Below are positions 12,352-25,229 of a stretch of DNA of 64,000 nucleotides, one piece after another (the stretch's first letter is position 1; each line of letters opens with the position of its first letter). The notes beneath the pieces are model-generated. The model was given only the letters and a program-made list of their open reading frames with translations, was not told where the DNA came from and did no database searches. A program made the translations under genes and the position numbers. Source of the stretch: Octopus bimaculoides (taxonomy: Eukaryota); assembly GCF_001194135.2 (NCBI RefSeq), contig NC_068992.1:50149027-50213026 (forward strand). Direction: 5' to 3'.

Positions 12352-12585
12352 CCCTAAGCCATTTAGATTCTGCCATCAAATGTAATGCTTATTCATTCAC
12401 ATTGTTTTGAATTAATCATGCATTGTCTCATAGATTTTGAGATTTCGATGTGATTATTTTTACAATGACATTGTAGGGTAGGTTGAGAGACCAGATCTGG
12501 CCAGTTTGTTTGAATTAATCATGCATTATCTCATAAATTTTGAGATTTCAGTGATGTGATTGTTTATTTTTACAATGACATTGTC
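12352..12585. mobile_element. piggyBac-like MITE with an internal ~100-bp tandem duplication
   Basis: TTTGAATTAATCATGCATT...TTTTACAATGACATTGT is present twice. Homologous to 15558-16175. Confidence 0.65.
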
Positions 12586-12639
12586 GGAACTGAAATTAAT
12601 TCCCAGATGCTCAAAGTGTCACCATTCTGGGAAGTAACC

Positions 12640-12895
12640 ATTGGTCTTACAATAGTCACCGAGAGAGGAATCATGGGAGAGGTCAAACAGTCATAGCAGT
12701 GGTCAAAGAATGGTCATGAGAGGGGTCAGTGGTCATAGGAGATGTCAAACAATGGCCACTGAAGGAGGTTAAACAACAATCATAGCAAAGGTCAAATAAT
12801 GGCCACTGGGGTAGGTCAAACCATAGTTATAGGAGAAGCCAAAGCAAGAGTTAGTGAGATAGCTCAAAGGGAGAGGTCAAATAATTCTCATTGGA
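12640..12895. repeat. Degenerate ~23-bp minisatellite (about AGGTCAAACAATGGTCATAGGAG)
   Basis: About 10 recurring GGTCAAA...GGTCA/GGCCA units, seen by eye. Confidence 0.6.
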
Positions 12896-13934
12896 GCTAC
12901 CCCCAACTCTGCTCTGACTTTGTCTGTCTTAGAATTGGCATGGTGTTACATTAATGCAACTCAAATATTGCTCTACTACACAAATCACCATTTATCCCTG
13001 TTAACTGGATCCAGAAGACCCTGATTCTATCCACAAGTAAGTAAATGGTACAAGGTGGAATCTGAACTTAAATCTCAAAGAACCAAAAGAGACACAGTAA
13101 GGCATCTCATTTAATGCTACAACGTTTCTGCCATTCCTCCACTCCGGACTGCTACTTTATCAAGCTTGAAAGAACAAGGACAAAAGGTAAGGTTGTTCTT
13201 GGCAGAATTTGAACTCTGCACACAAAGAACTGAAACAAAGGCATTCCATTTGAAGTTCTAGTAACTTCTGCAATATGTTGCTCAACTGATAAACAACTCA
13301 TAAACAAAAGAAAAAAAGATCACATAAAAAAGCCCTTACTGTAGATTAACATATAAGAAATGTATTCTTCTAGAGTTCTTTGACCAATTTATAAGGCGGA
13401 GATTTAAGAGAACTGAGTGAAACAATAATTCTAAAAATGGTAAACCAATAGAAATGGATCAGTAACTATTATGTCATCATTGCTAAAATATTAATATTAA
13501 ACACTAACAAATGATGATGACACCATTAGCAGTGTCTGTATTGGATAAAAAAAATCCTTGAAGCTCTGCAAATGAAATCTAAAATGCTGTAGTAGACTAG
13601 ACTGCTAAGTGCAATACCTAGTTACCAATTCTATTATATTTTATGGACTGGAGAAGTATATATAAAATTCAATAAGATATAATACTGACAGCTGGATATA
13701 TTCTTTATGTTCTTGGACAGTAAAAGATGCGAATCTTCAAACTGTACACTGCCAAACCAAACTGACAGAATATCAAGACAAAACTTTATTGTATTATTCA
13801 TTTTATGTGATGCAGCTTTCTCCTCCTCTCAGAACCATATTCAACTTTTCAATTACAAAAAAATGTGCCACAAATCACATATATTTACAATGTATACTCA
13901 AAAATACTAAAACATTAGGTATTTGTATATAAAT

Positions 13935-14098
13935 GTGCAGGAGTGGCTGTGTGGTAAGGAGCTTGCTTACCAACCGCATGGTTCTGGGTTCATTCCCACT
14001 GCGTGGCATCTTCGGCAAGTGTCTTCTACTATAGCCTCTGGCTGACCAAAGCCTTGTGAGTGGATTTGGCAGACGGAAACTGAAAGAAGCCTGTCGTA

Positions 14099-14183
<85 letters not shown>

Positions 14184-14396
14184 ATATGTTTGTGTGTCTG
14201 TGTTTGTCCCCCCAACATCGTTTGACAACTGATGCTGGTGTGTTTACGTTCCCGTAACTTAGTGGTTCGGCAAAATAGAGACCGATAGAATAAGTACTAG
14301 GCTTACAAAGAATAAGTCCTGGGGTCGATTTGCTCAACTAAAGGCGGTGCTCCAGCATGGCCGCAGTCAAATAACTGAAACAAGTAAAAGAGTAAA
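13935..14396 (+). mobile_element. SINE type A, full length with expanded (TA)n
   Basis: Collinear with 9293-9701, with a long central TA tract. Confidence 0.92.
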
Positions 14397-14476
14397 TGAC
14401 AGCTGAAGACAGGGTGGTAATAATTGGAATGTGTTTGATCAAAAGTTGGAGAGTTGCCTCGGAGTACACAATTATG

Positions 14477-14830
14477 GAGGCACATGGCTTTGTCAGGCTG
14501 TTGGACTCATGAGTGTAAGATTGTGGTTTCAGTTCCTAGGCCAGGCAATGTGTTGTGTTCTTGAGCAAAACACTTCACTTCATGTAGCTCCAGTCCACTC
14601 AGCTGTAGAAATGAATATCACTAGGGGAGGCACATTGCTTAGTGGTTAGGGTGTTGGATTCACAACTGTGAGATTGTGGTTTTGATCTCTGGACTTGGCA
14701 ATCCATTGTGTTCTTGAGCAAAACACTTCATTTCATATTCCTCCAGTCCACTCAGCTGTAGAAATGAGTAGCCAGGAAAGGGATGGGCTCTGCCAGGCTT
14801 TCTTGCCCTAGATACGCTGCATGGCTGCAA
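14477..14830 (+). mobile_element. Two tandem SINE type E copies
   Basis: GGAGGCACAT...TTGTGTTCTTGAGCAAAACACTTCA...CCAGTCCACTCAGCTGTAGAAATGA occurs twice head to tail. Confidence 0.8.
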
Positions 14831-15557
14831 TGCTCCAACAACCCTAAAGGGGTTAAGGGACTTGTCAATTGTCAGCACAATAACAACAAAAACAGCAATA
14901 ACAGAATTTGAATCAATAAACAAGCTTCAATATGGTCACTCAACCAGCTAGAAATAACAGCCAAATTTTACTCAATTGATTCACACTACCACCAGATTAA
15001 TAATATAGAAAAAAGTTAAAAAAAAAAAATGGAAGGAGATATTTGATAATTTAGTTATAAATATATAGTTTGCCTGAATAAGAGACAGGATGGCTTCTAG
15101 TTGGGCACTAGATCATATACAGGTTTGCTTAATCCGAACTGACATGACATGAAATAAAACAACTAAAAAACTATGACCACAACACAAAGTTCCCACAGAG
15201 CAACAAAAGAGAGAGAGAGAAAGAAAGGAAAAGAAAGGAACATAATACTGTATAAACAACAGTATAAATACAAGACCAAACGATAAACAAAACACCACAC
15301 ACATTCATACAGTAAACACTATCAGATGACTAATATATAAGTCCTTAACACACTTCAAAATAAACAATACAACAGTAATACTCTCTCTCTAAGTAGGTTG
15401 TTTAGTAGTAATGTTTCTGTACACATACATACACACATATAAACCAGTGCTTTTCTGCCATGGAAGGATAGCAATGCACTTTCATTTCACCAAAATGGAG
15501 ATGGCACACAAAATGGAAAGAACCGTTTTTTTTTCTTTTGGTATCTTTGGTATTTAA

Positions 15558-16175
15558 CTCTTCAGCATTCGGATCACTCTGACAAATGTAATGCTTATTA
15601 TTATCTATTCACTTATTTAATTAATCATGCATTATCTCATAGTTTAGCAATTTCATCGTGGAGGCGCAATGCCCAAGTGGTTAGGGCAGCGGACTCGTGG
15701 TCATAAGATCGCGGTTTCGATTCCCAGACCGGGCGTTGTGAGTGTTTATTGAGCGAAAACACCTAAAGCTCCATGAGGCTCGGGCAGAAGATGGTGGCGA
15801 ACCCTGCTGTACTCTTTCACCACAATTTTCTCTCACTTACTTCTTGTTTCTGTTGTGCTTGTAATTCAAAGGGCCAGCCTTGTCACACTGTGTCATGCTG
15901 AATCTCCCTGAGAACTACGTTAAGGGTACACGTGTCTGTGGAGTGCTCTGCCACTTGCACCTTAATTTCATGAGCAGGCTGTTCCGTTGGTCGGATCAAC
16001 TGGAACCCTCGACGTCGTGAGCGACGGAGTGCCAACAACAAGCAATTTCATTGATGTGATTGTTTATTTTTAGAATGACATTGTAGGTTAGTTGAGAGAG
16101 GACGGATCTAGCAGTTCTGAATACAAAACAAGTAGGATATTTGGATCAAATATGGTTGATTTCCATGCTAAAGGG
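15558..16175. mobile_element. piggyBac-like MITE split by a SINE B insertion
   Basis: TTAA-CTCTT left end and AAAGGG-TTAA right end. The two halves join across the SINE TSD. Confidence 0.75.
15658..16040 (+). mobile_element. SINE type B, full length
   Basis: A/B boxes, AAC tail, 11-bp TSD AGCAATTTCAT at 15646-15656 and 16041-16051. Confidence 0.92.
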
Positions 16176-16309
16176 TTAAATAATACAGCCAATATTTGTT
16201 AAGGAGAAGGCAATGAGCTGGCAGAAATGCTGGCATGCCAAAGAGAGAAAAAAATGTACTGGGATTAATTGTTTCACAAATTGATATATCATTGTCATCA
16301 TTTTCATTG

Positions 16310-16689
16310 CTGTTTCAATGTCTACTTTTTCGGCTTGCATAGGTCGGATGAAATTTACTGAAGAGAATATTTTTTATTTTTTCTATGGCCAGAGACTGTT
16401 CCTGTTGCAAACCTTCACCTGCCTCTAAGTAAGGTAATATTTCCCCCCACCCCCACCATGGCTGGGCATGATTCCATGGAAGATTGAAAATAAAGAGCCT
16501 CATGTGCATTCATTTCACAACTACCATGTGATGTCAAAGGAGTCATTAACACACACAGAGTTCCCACCTACCATATCCATTCCCAAGGGTTTGGTCAGCC
16601 TGGGGATATAGTAGAAGTTATTTTCCCAAGGGACTGAATCTGAAACAGTATGATTGGGAAGCAAACTTCTTACCAGATAGTCACACATG

Positions 16690-16690
<1 letters not shown>
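16310..16690 (-). mobile_element. SINE type D, degenerate
   Basis: Reverse-complement similarity to 5770-6200. Confidence 0.65.
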
Positions 16691-16737
<47 letters not shown>

Positions 16738-16743
16738 CATATC

Positions 16744-17085
16744 TCTTTACTCTTTTCAGTCATTTGACTGTAGCCATGCTGGAGCACTGCCTTTTAGTCG
16801 AGCAAATCAACCCCAGGACTTATTCTTTGTAAGCCTACTACTTATTCTATCGGTCTCTTTTGCTGAACTGCTAAGTTACGGGGATGTAAACACACCAGCA
16901 TCGGTTGTCAAGCGATGTTGGGGGACAAACACACATATGTATATACATATATACGACAGGCTTCTTTCAGTTTCCGTCTACCAAATCCACTCACAAGGCT
17001 TTGGTTGGTCCAGAGCTATAGTAGAAGACATGCAGTGGGATTGAAACCGTGACCATGCGGTTGCAAAGCAAACTTCTTACCTAAG
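16744..17085 (-). mobile_element. SINE type A
   Basis: Reverse complement of type A, with a short deletion near the head. Confidence 0.88.
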
Positions 17086-18030
17086 TACATATGTGCAGGC
17101 ATATGTGCTTAAGAAGTTCACTTCCCAACCACATGGTCACGGTTTCAATCCCATTGGTTTGTGGTAAAACTAAAGGCTTCTTCTGGTGTAACACTAAAAG
17201 AGCAGACGGTACTTTACAGGGGAAGCAGTGTTTAATAAAACAAAGTAGGGCTGTAACCAAGCTCCTTTTGAAGGCTTCTCTGGTTCATGTCTGCGATGAT
17301 GGGGTGGGGGATGGTTGGGGAAAAGATGACCTGTTCCAAATGTAGATAACAGAATGAAAACTGTACAACACATTCCGGAAGACCAGATGGTGAAGATGGT
17401 GATGTTTAAAACCTCAGAAGGGACGGAAGTAGCAATATGCCAACGCATGTTATTGCCTGTTCTGTACTAGTCTGAGAGTCAATAACCTCAAAAAAATTTT
17501 TCAAAAGCTAAACATGTATATATTTTCAAATAAAATTAATTCATGTGTTCAAGGGTGTGCATTTAAGTATTTATTTATTCATTTATTTAGTTTTTCTTTC
17601 ATCATACACTATAGACTAAGTTTCTGGGGTTGCATTTACAGCAAGTTAACCATCCAGAACTAATCTCTATTTAATAATAGTTGATATAGATGTATGTGTG
17701 TTGTTTGGTTGGTTTGTTTTGTTGGTTGACTGACTGATTGATTTCTGTAGTCACACTTAACATTATATATAGAGAAGGAGACAGAGTAAGAGAGAGAGAG
17801 AGTTAGCATAACAGGGTGAGTGCACATATGATGTTTGATGGCAGAAAATGAGAAAAGGAATGCTACACACAAACACATAAGAGAGACAGAAACATAGAAG
17901 GAGGAAGAGAAGGAGTAAATGACTGAACAGTTATGGGGGGCGGCAGTTATACAAACGAGAAGTTTGTTATATTTAATTACATTTTAAGGTAACCGATGCT
18001 AGCATGGAAAGCGGACGTTAATCGACGACA

Positions 18031-18066
<36 letters not shown>

Positions 18067-18339
18067 TACTTTCATAAAGACACTTCTGCAAAAATGCTTT
18101 GATATTTGTAAGCGAAGTTTTGAACTAAAAATGAATATTTGATACTATGTAACAAATATTAGTTATATTTACATTCCAAAGGGGCCATTGTAACTCTGGA
18201 TTATAGTGTGACTTATCTGTGAGCTAACCACAAATACCTACTTTGACGACCTCGAACTAAGGGTGTAACCTATCTACAAGTGTGACTTATCTGCAAGTAT
18301 ATACTGGTGCATAAAATTGTGCACTCACAATAAATGGTA

Positions 18340-19720
18340 TAAGAAATGATATTGCAGAGAACCACATAACACAAGAAATGCAGGCTTTTCAAATAAAAAC
18401 CAACAGCCTACAGCACCTTGATATAATTAATTTATACATAACCCTCAAGGATTTCCCTAATTCTCACAAGGTTACATACAACGACTTCAATGCTAACACT
18501 TTCACAAACATCATCATTCAAGGAGATTTCGATACCTTCAAAAGGGTTTTGAAATGGCACATAAGATAGACAAGGGTGAAACAATATCATAGGAAAGGGA
18601 CACTGTCTAATCCTAAATGACCCACATTAGCATACATTTCACTAAGCCATTAGCAACAAGCCCTTCTGTTTTCAACCTGATGGTAACCAATTTTCCAACA
18701 TTCCACAGATTCATCACAACACACATACATACATACATGATGATGATGGCCGTCCACTGGTGGCCGAGGAAGACCATTGTCGACCTTCAGGAACATTGTG
18801 TGCTCTAGGACTAACTTATATTTTGCATTTGCGGCTCCATTGGTGGCTAATGAGCCCTGCTCTTGACAAGCATATATGACTGCAAACATTGCAGACCAAG
18901 CTTTCCCTATTCACTATACGACCCATGTGCTTTCGCGCAGCTCGCTTAAGTTCTTCATGCTGGATACGTGCTCTTTCAAAAGTGTTGATCCCCAACAATG
19001 CCTGTCATCGCCACATACATACATGCATGCATGCATGCATGCATGCATACATGCATGCATGCATNNNNNNNNNNNNNNNNNNNNNNNNNNNNNNNNNNNN
19101 NNNNNNNNNNNNNNNNNNNNNNNNNNNNNNNNNNNNNNNNNNNNNNNNNNNNNCATACATACATACATACATACATACATACATACATACATACATACAT
19201 ACATACATACATACATACATACATACATACATACATACATACATACATACATACATACATACAAACTGCAATGTCAAAAGTGAAAATACTTTTGCGAACT
19301 TCTACAAGCACAAAAGCTTAATTTCCACCAAGAAATGGAATCAGATTTATTGGAATTCAACTGTTCCACCCTAGACAACATTGACATTGCAATGTATACA
19401 CTCCACAAAATAATCATAGACGCATCTAAAAACCACATCTCAAATCAGCAAAAAAACATAATCCCAATTAGGCACCAGAAACTGCGCCAACCTCACAAAA
19501 ACTAGAGAACGGAAACTTAAACGCGATACAGCAAAACCAGATGCAAACGAAATAAAACTCTGCATCAAACAACTGAATAAGGAACTAACGAGTAAAATAA
19601 ACAGAAAATTAGCGAAAATATCCAACAAAGAACATAAAACTTACAGAAAACTAGTAGCAGCAACAACAATGGTCAGACCACACCCAAAGTTCCAACACCA
19701 AACTCAAAAAACATATCTAT
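18340..19720 (+). mobile_element. Old LINE ORF2 endonuclease/linker remnant, interrupted
   Basis: NLYITL...NIIIQGDFDTF (APE GDFN-like) at 18378-18569 and a Lys-rich helical linker-like segment at 19320-19700. Separated by an RTE end, (CATA)n and a gap. Confidence 0.45.
18735..19012 (-). mobile_element. RTE/BovB-like LINE 3' end with CCHH motif
   Basis: LGINTFERARIQHEELKRAARK...CNVCSHICLSRAGLISHQ (ORF 18816..18998), followed by a CAT-repeat tail. Confidence 0.75.
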
Positions 19721-20271
19721 GTGGCAACCGCAAGCATCACGTGATGTCAAGACATGGAGGCACAAACATACACACACACACTAACACACAAAAGCACCTA
19801 TGTCAGTGCCATGTAAAAGGCACCCAGTACACTCTGTGAAATGACTGGCATTAGGAAGGGCATCCAGGTGTGGAAACCAAGCCAAATCAGATTAGAACCC
19901 GATGCAGTTCTTCAAACCATCCAACCCATGCCAGCATGGAAGACAGATGTCACTGGATGATAATGATGATTAAATATACATGTACATATAGAAATATATA
20001 TATTATTAATAATGGTGGTGGTAATGTGGAAGTGAACTGGAAGAATCAGTGTTAGACCAAATGTCTTGCAGTGATACTTAGTTACCTCACTGTGCATCGT
20101 AAGTTCAAATTTCATCAAGGGCCAACTTTGTCTTTCATTCATCTTTAAAATAGAAGAGACAGAAGTGAGAGCAGAATTGATGAAGTGAAGTACGAACATT
20201 TGGTTCAATCATCTACAGCACTCTACCATCCCACAAATATGCAAATATCTAACCATGTGTTCATGTCACGC

Positions 20272-20704
20272 AACCTCGTGCTCACGTCACAGGCCCTGTA
20301 ACCTCGTGCTCACGTCACAGGCCCTGTAACCTCGTGCTCACGTCACAGGCCCTGTAACCTCGTGCTCACGTCACAGGCCCTGTAACCTCGTGCTCACGTC
20401 ACAGGCCCTGTAACCTCGTGCTCACGTCACAGGCCCTGTAACCTCGTGCTCACGTCACAGGCCCTGTAACCTCGTGCTCACGTCACAGGCCCTGTAACCT
20501 CGTGCTCACGTCACAGGCCCTGTAACCTCGTGCCCACGTCACAGGCCATGTAACCTCGTGCCTACGTCACAGGCTATGTAACCTCGTGCCTACGTCACAG
20601 GCTATGTAACCTCGTGCCTACGTCACAGGCCATGTAACCTCATGCTCACGTCACAGGCCATGTAACCTGGTGCTCACATCACCGGCCATGTAACCTTGTG
20701 CTCA
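20272..20704. repeat. 28-bp minisatellite, about 15 copies
   Basis: Unit TGTAACCTCGTGCTCACGTCACAGGCCC; period confirmed by unit starts at 20281 and 20309. Confidence 0.97.
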
Positions 20705-21759
20705 TTCTAAAGTCATGATCACAAAAGCAAAAATAGGAACAAAATGTCCAATTTTGAAAGGAAATGTCTGCAAGATATTGTGATGCTTTCTCCATGACTG
20801 CTGCACCTGTTTTAGGTAGAATTACAAAGTAAGAAATTCAATGATTGAGGAAACAGGATATGCTGTTTGTTTGCATAACACACACAGTTATATATACATA
20901 TATATATACACACATACACATAGTCATGCATATAGAGTCTTGAAAATATAACACTTAGAAGGAAACTGCTATAGTATTGCTGTAATTAGAGACACCGTTT
21001 TGTACATCTGAGTGAGAGTGTGTGAAGAGTAATAGTGAGATGATGATGATGATGATGATCTAATCTAGAACTTCCAAGCTAGAGAAATTAATCAAGCAAG
21101 AAAGAAATCATATAGAATGTGTGTGTGTGTGTGTGTGTGTGTTTGTGTGTGTGTTTGTGTGTGTAAGTAAATATATGTGCATACACACATATTAAGGATT
21201 CTCACTTGCATAATAGATATATAGCTATCAACTTCTAGAGAATCATGTATTGAAATTGCTTTGACTTTCCCTCATTAACTGACAAAAGACTATGATCTTG
21301 CTTGTATCCTGTCCTGAATATCTTACCTGTTGTCAGTTCTTAATTGTTCTTTCATTTGATAGTGATACGACACAGTTTTTTTTAGTCGACTTTAACACAA
21401 ATTTCTCAGTGACCATCTCTACTCTTGTCCTCTCTCTTACCATTTTAATCCCAGCTTTCCTTTTTACTTTTATCTGCTCTCTCCTGCCTCTTTTTCTTCT
21501 GTTCATTTCTAAATTTCTCAAAGAAGGAATTCAATCCAATGCCAGATGTCCCTTCTGGAGATTGGCACAAATGAACGTCACAGGACCCACTAGACTAACC
21601 TCTATATTAAGAAGCAAAATGGCCTTAAAACACTTATTGCTAGTATCTCTAGAAAGAGTTGATAGCTAGTGCTTGAAGGCCTCTCAAAATGTTCATTGAT
21701 GGTGTCTCTACAAGAAATTCATAGCACTTGGAGGACTCTCTCAAGGTAGTTGATAACTA

Positions 21760-22560
21760 ATGCATGATGTGACCGATGGCTTCTGTTACCCCATTCTGAA
21801 AACATGATAGCCTGAGTTAAAAAGGGATAGAAAAATATAGGGTTGTTACCTCTGATGGTATCAGAAGGATCCTCTCTCTGAGTAGCGAGCAGATTGTATG
21901 ATGCACTTGAGAGAAGAGCAAACTTGCATGGTAGCAAACTATTGATACAGAATGCAGAGGATGTACAAAAGCTGGAAAGAAACAAAGCCGGCATGCTTTG
22001 CTGAACATGTAATGTAAGTGTGGATGAACAACAGAGCATAACTTACGCTGAAAGGAAAACTGGGCACAAGAGAAATCAAATGCTGTGTAGAAAGAAGCGA
22101 GGAGACTGAGCTGATTCAAACATGTGATACTCTTTACTCTCTTTTACTTGTTTCAGTCATTTGACTGTGGCCATGCTGGAGCACCGCTTTTAGCTGAGCA
22201 AATCGACCCCAGGACTTATTCTTTGGAAGCCTAGTACTTATTCTATCAGTCTCTTTTGCTGAACCGCTAAGTTACGGGGACGTAAACACATCAGCATCGG
22301 TTGTCAAGCGATGTTGGGGGGGACAATCACAGACACACAAACATATACACACACAAATATATATACATATATATGACGGGCTTCTTTCAGTTTTCCGTCT
22401 AAGACAGCAAAAACCAAACAGAAGACACTTATGGGAGAGGAAGACAGGAATAAGTGAAGGCTGAACTTCATAAAGGAGGTTAAAAAGGGAGTGTAACAGG
22501 TTTCAAGATTGTACAGGGGAAAACCTGTCCAACCCATAAAACTGTTAGGAAATAGATGTA
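21760..22560 (+). mobile_element. Degenerate RTE-like LINE 3' region, interrupted by a SINE A tail (22128-22400, - strand)
   Basis: Aligns by eye with 52921-53433 (GCAGATTGTATGATGC versus GTAGACTGTATGACGC; AATGTAAGTGTG versus AATGTCAGTGTG). Confidence 0.7.
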
Positions 22561-24321
22561 AAATGATAACAGTATGATACTGAAAATGCAGACAGTGTGA
22601 ATGAATGCAACAGGGATTCTTTACTGATTAATCATCATTATTTTATGCCTGCTTTCTCTGCTAGCATGGGTTGCACAAAAAATTTACGCCTCACGAGGTA
22701 GGTTAATATATATACACATACAAATACGCACAAAGATTTATATATAGACAAACACACATACACATGTATTTACAGACATACACATATATTTAGGCAGATA
22801 GGTATACAAGCAGACAGAAAAGAGAGAGAGATATTTAGGAGTGTTGGTTGCATGGCAATATCATAATATCTAAAATTGCTTAAAGCTATCTTTATGGTGA
22901 AAAAAATGGAAATTTAAGGATGTGAAACAATTTTCTGCAACAAATTACTTTTAAAAATGCATAAATAGAGATGGTGCCAGCTACTAAAGACAATTTTACT
23001 TTCAAGTAATGTGTTAATCATAACACAAATCTTTATATTAACTGTTGTTTGTTTACAATTTGCAGATTAGTGAAGCTTTAAAAGAACCAGAAAAGAGTAA
23101 ATTACTTATTCACTGGATTAGTGATGCTATTTAGCTTTAGGTCAGCAGTCAAGCCAATATATTTTTTGCATTCAGGGTCAATAAAATAAGCACCAGTTGA
23201 ATACTGGGGTTAATATAATCAACTTACTTCCTCCTTGAAATTTGCTGGCTGTGTGCCAAAATTTAAAATCAATATGTAAGCAATAAGCCAATGTAGGCAA
23301 CACTTCCGGCAGTTCAAGAACAAGTCCTCGCAGATATAAAAAGAATTGGCTACTAAACTTCTTTAGCTTCAAGTCGGAATTGATTGAGTAACCCAATGAC
23401 AACTGTCTTAAAAAAACATAATGGGTTCAGTCCTACTGTATGGCACCTTGAGCAAATGTTCTCAACAATAGCTCCAGTTCAACCAAAGCCCTTTTGAATG
23501 GATTTCATAGACAGAAACTGAAAGATGCCTGATACATATGAAAAAAATGGGGGCTTGTAACTTGAAATGATACAATAGTTATAAACAACTTCACTGCCAT
23601 ACAAACGGTGTCATTTCAACAGCATTGATTTCTTCCATACTCTTACATAACCAAGCAAGACTACTTCTCAGATGGCACCATTACTCACAAGAACTTGGGT
23701 CTTTGGCATGTTTTGCCTTCAAGGCTTTTGTACTTAAAGACATGCTTCAAGATTCTGGAACTTACTTTGCTAGCTCTGGGACAATTTCTGTTATGAGAAT
23801 CAGGTCAATGACATTTATTATGGCTTCAACAAACAAGCAGTTATGTGCTCTAAAGTCATAGTCTCAACAGCTATAATGATAGTGGACACTCAGCCCCACA
23901 CCCAACCTTTATAAATATGCGACACAAAACGAAAAGGTTACCAGATATTTTCAGAAGATACAAAAATGATAACATGGCCCTCGAACAAGGTCACACTTTG
24001 AACAAATTCACAACTGTTTATAAAGCTATAATCTAATCCTTGAAACCTGATATCTGTCAAGATCTTACACATTAGGTCATCACATGTGTTAAGAGAAATA
24101 CACAGGAATGTGACACAATAATTTTAGACAGTAACCATAGTGATAACATAAAGGGGATTGTACAATAATTGGGATAACGACTGTTGTTTGTTGTCAAGTT
24201 GTACTGGACACTTCTGCCTGGGTAAAGATTAGCACAAAAATAATCAAATTTTTTATCATTTAATCATTTCTTTTTTATTTCTATTTCTACCACAACCTTC
24301 TTTAATGTGAAACTCAACTAA

Positions 24322-24535
24322 TATTGGTTTCAAATTTGGGCACAAGACAAGCAGTTTCAAAGGGGAGGGTAAGTCAATAAAAATCAGTCAACTGATTACT
24401 TATTTCACCGACTCTGAAAGAATGAAAGGCAAAGTCGACCTTGGCAGAATTTGATCTCAGAATGTAAAGACAGATGAAATGCTACTAAGCATTTTGCCTG
24501 GTGTGCTAATGATTCTGCCAGCTTGACACCTTAAA
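24322..24535 (-). mobile_element. SINE type C
   Basis: Reverse complement of the 32175 type. Confidence 0.8.
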
Positions 24536-24782
24536 CTCATCTAATAATATAGGCATAGACATCGCTGTATAGTTAAGAAGTTTGCAAAGGCACTTTATTT
24601 CATGTTGCTCCAGTCTACTCATCTGAAAATAACTACCAGAAGCAGCTAGGAGTTAACCCTCTGGTGGACTGGTGCCTCACCCAGGAGAGTGTCTTGTACT
24701 CTTAGTCACTCATACAGCTAGGAAATTGATATAAGGTTTGGTCCAACAAACCTATAGGCTGGAGAAGAGGCATTTCAACTTT

Positions 24783-25150
24783 AGGTGTGGTTAGAAGTGT
24801 GTTTCCCAAACACATGATCCTGGTTTCAGTCCCACCGCTTGATACCATGGGCAAGTCTCTTCTATTATAGCCCTAGGCCAACCAAAACCTTGTGAGTAGA
24901 TTCTATAGACAGAAACTGAAAGTAGCTTATTGTGTGTGTGTGTGTCAGTCTGTCTCTGTCACCTACCACTTGACAACCAGTCTTTGGTTTCTTTATGCTT
25001 TCGCAATTTAGCAGTTCAACAAAAAGAGACCTACAGAATAAGTGCTAGACTTGAAGAAAAATAATTACTTGGGTTGGCTGGTTCAAGCAAACTCTTCGAG
25101 GTGTTGCCTCTGCATAGCAACAGTCTAAAATGACTGAAACAAATAAAACA
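24783..25150 (+). mobile_element. SINE type A, diverged
   Basis: Head, TG tract and ATGACTGAAACAAATAAAA tail are all recognisable. Confidence 0.75.
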
Positions 25151-25229
25151 ATGGTACATACATACAGATACTTAGACACACGCACACATCGAAGAATGGT
25201 GGTACTTATTTACAACTATTTTTCATTTC

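Noticed and set aside
17194-17448. Protein-like 84-aa minus-strand ORF
   Set aside because: No recognisable domain or clear splice pair; possibly a very old LINE end, but I could not support either call.
20272-20704. CRISPR array (also considered for 54868-55082)
   Set aside because: The DNA is eukaryotic, the repeats are contiguous or have microsatellite spacers, and there are no cas genes.
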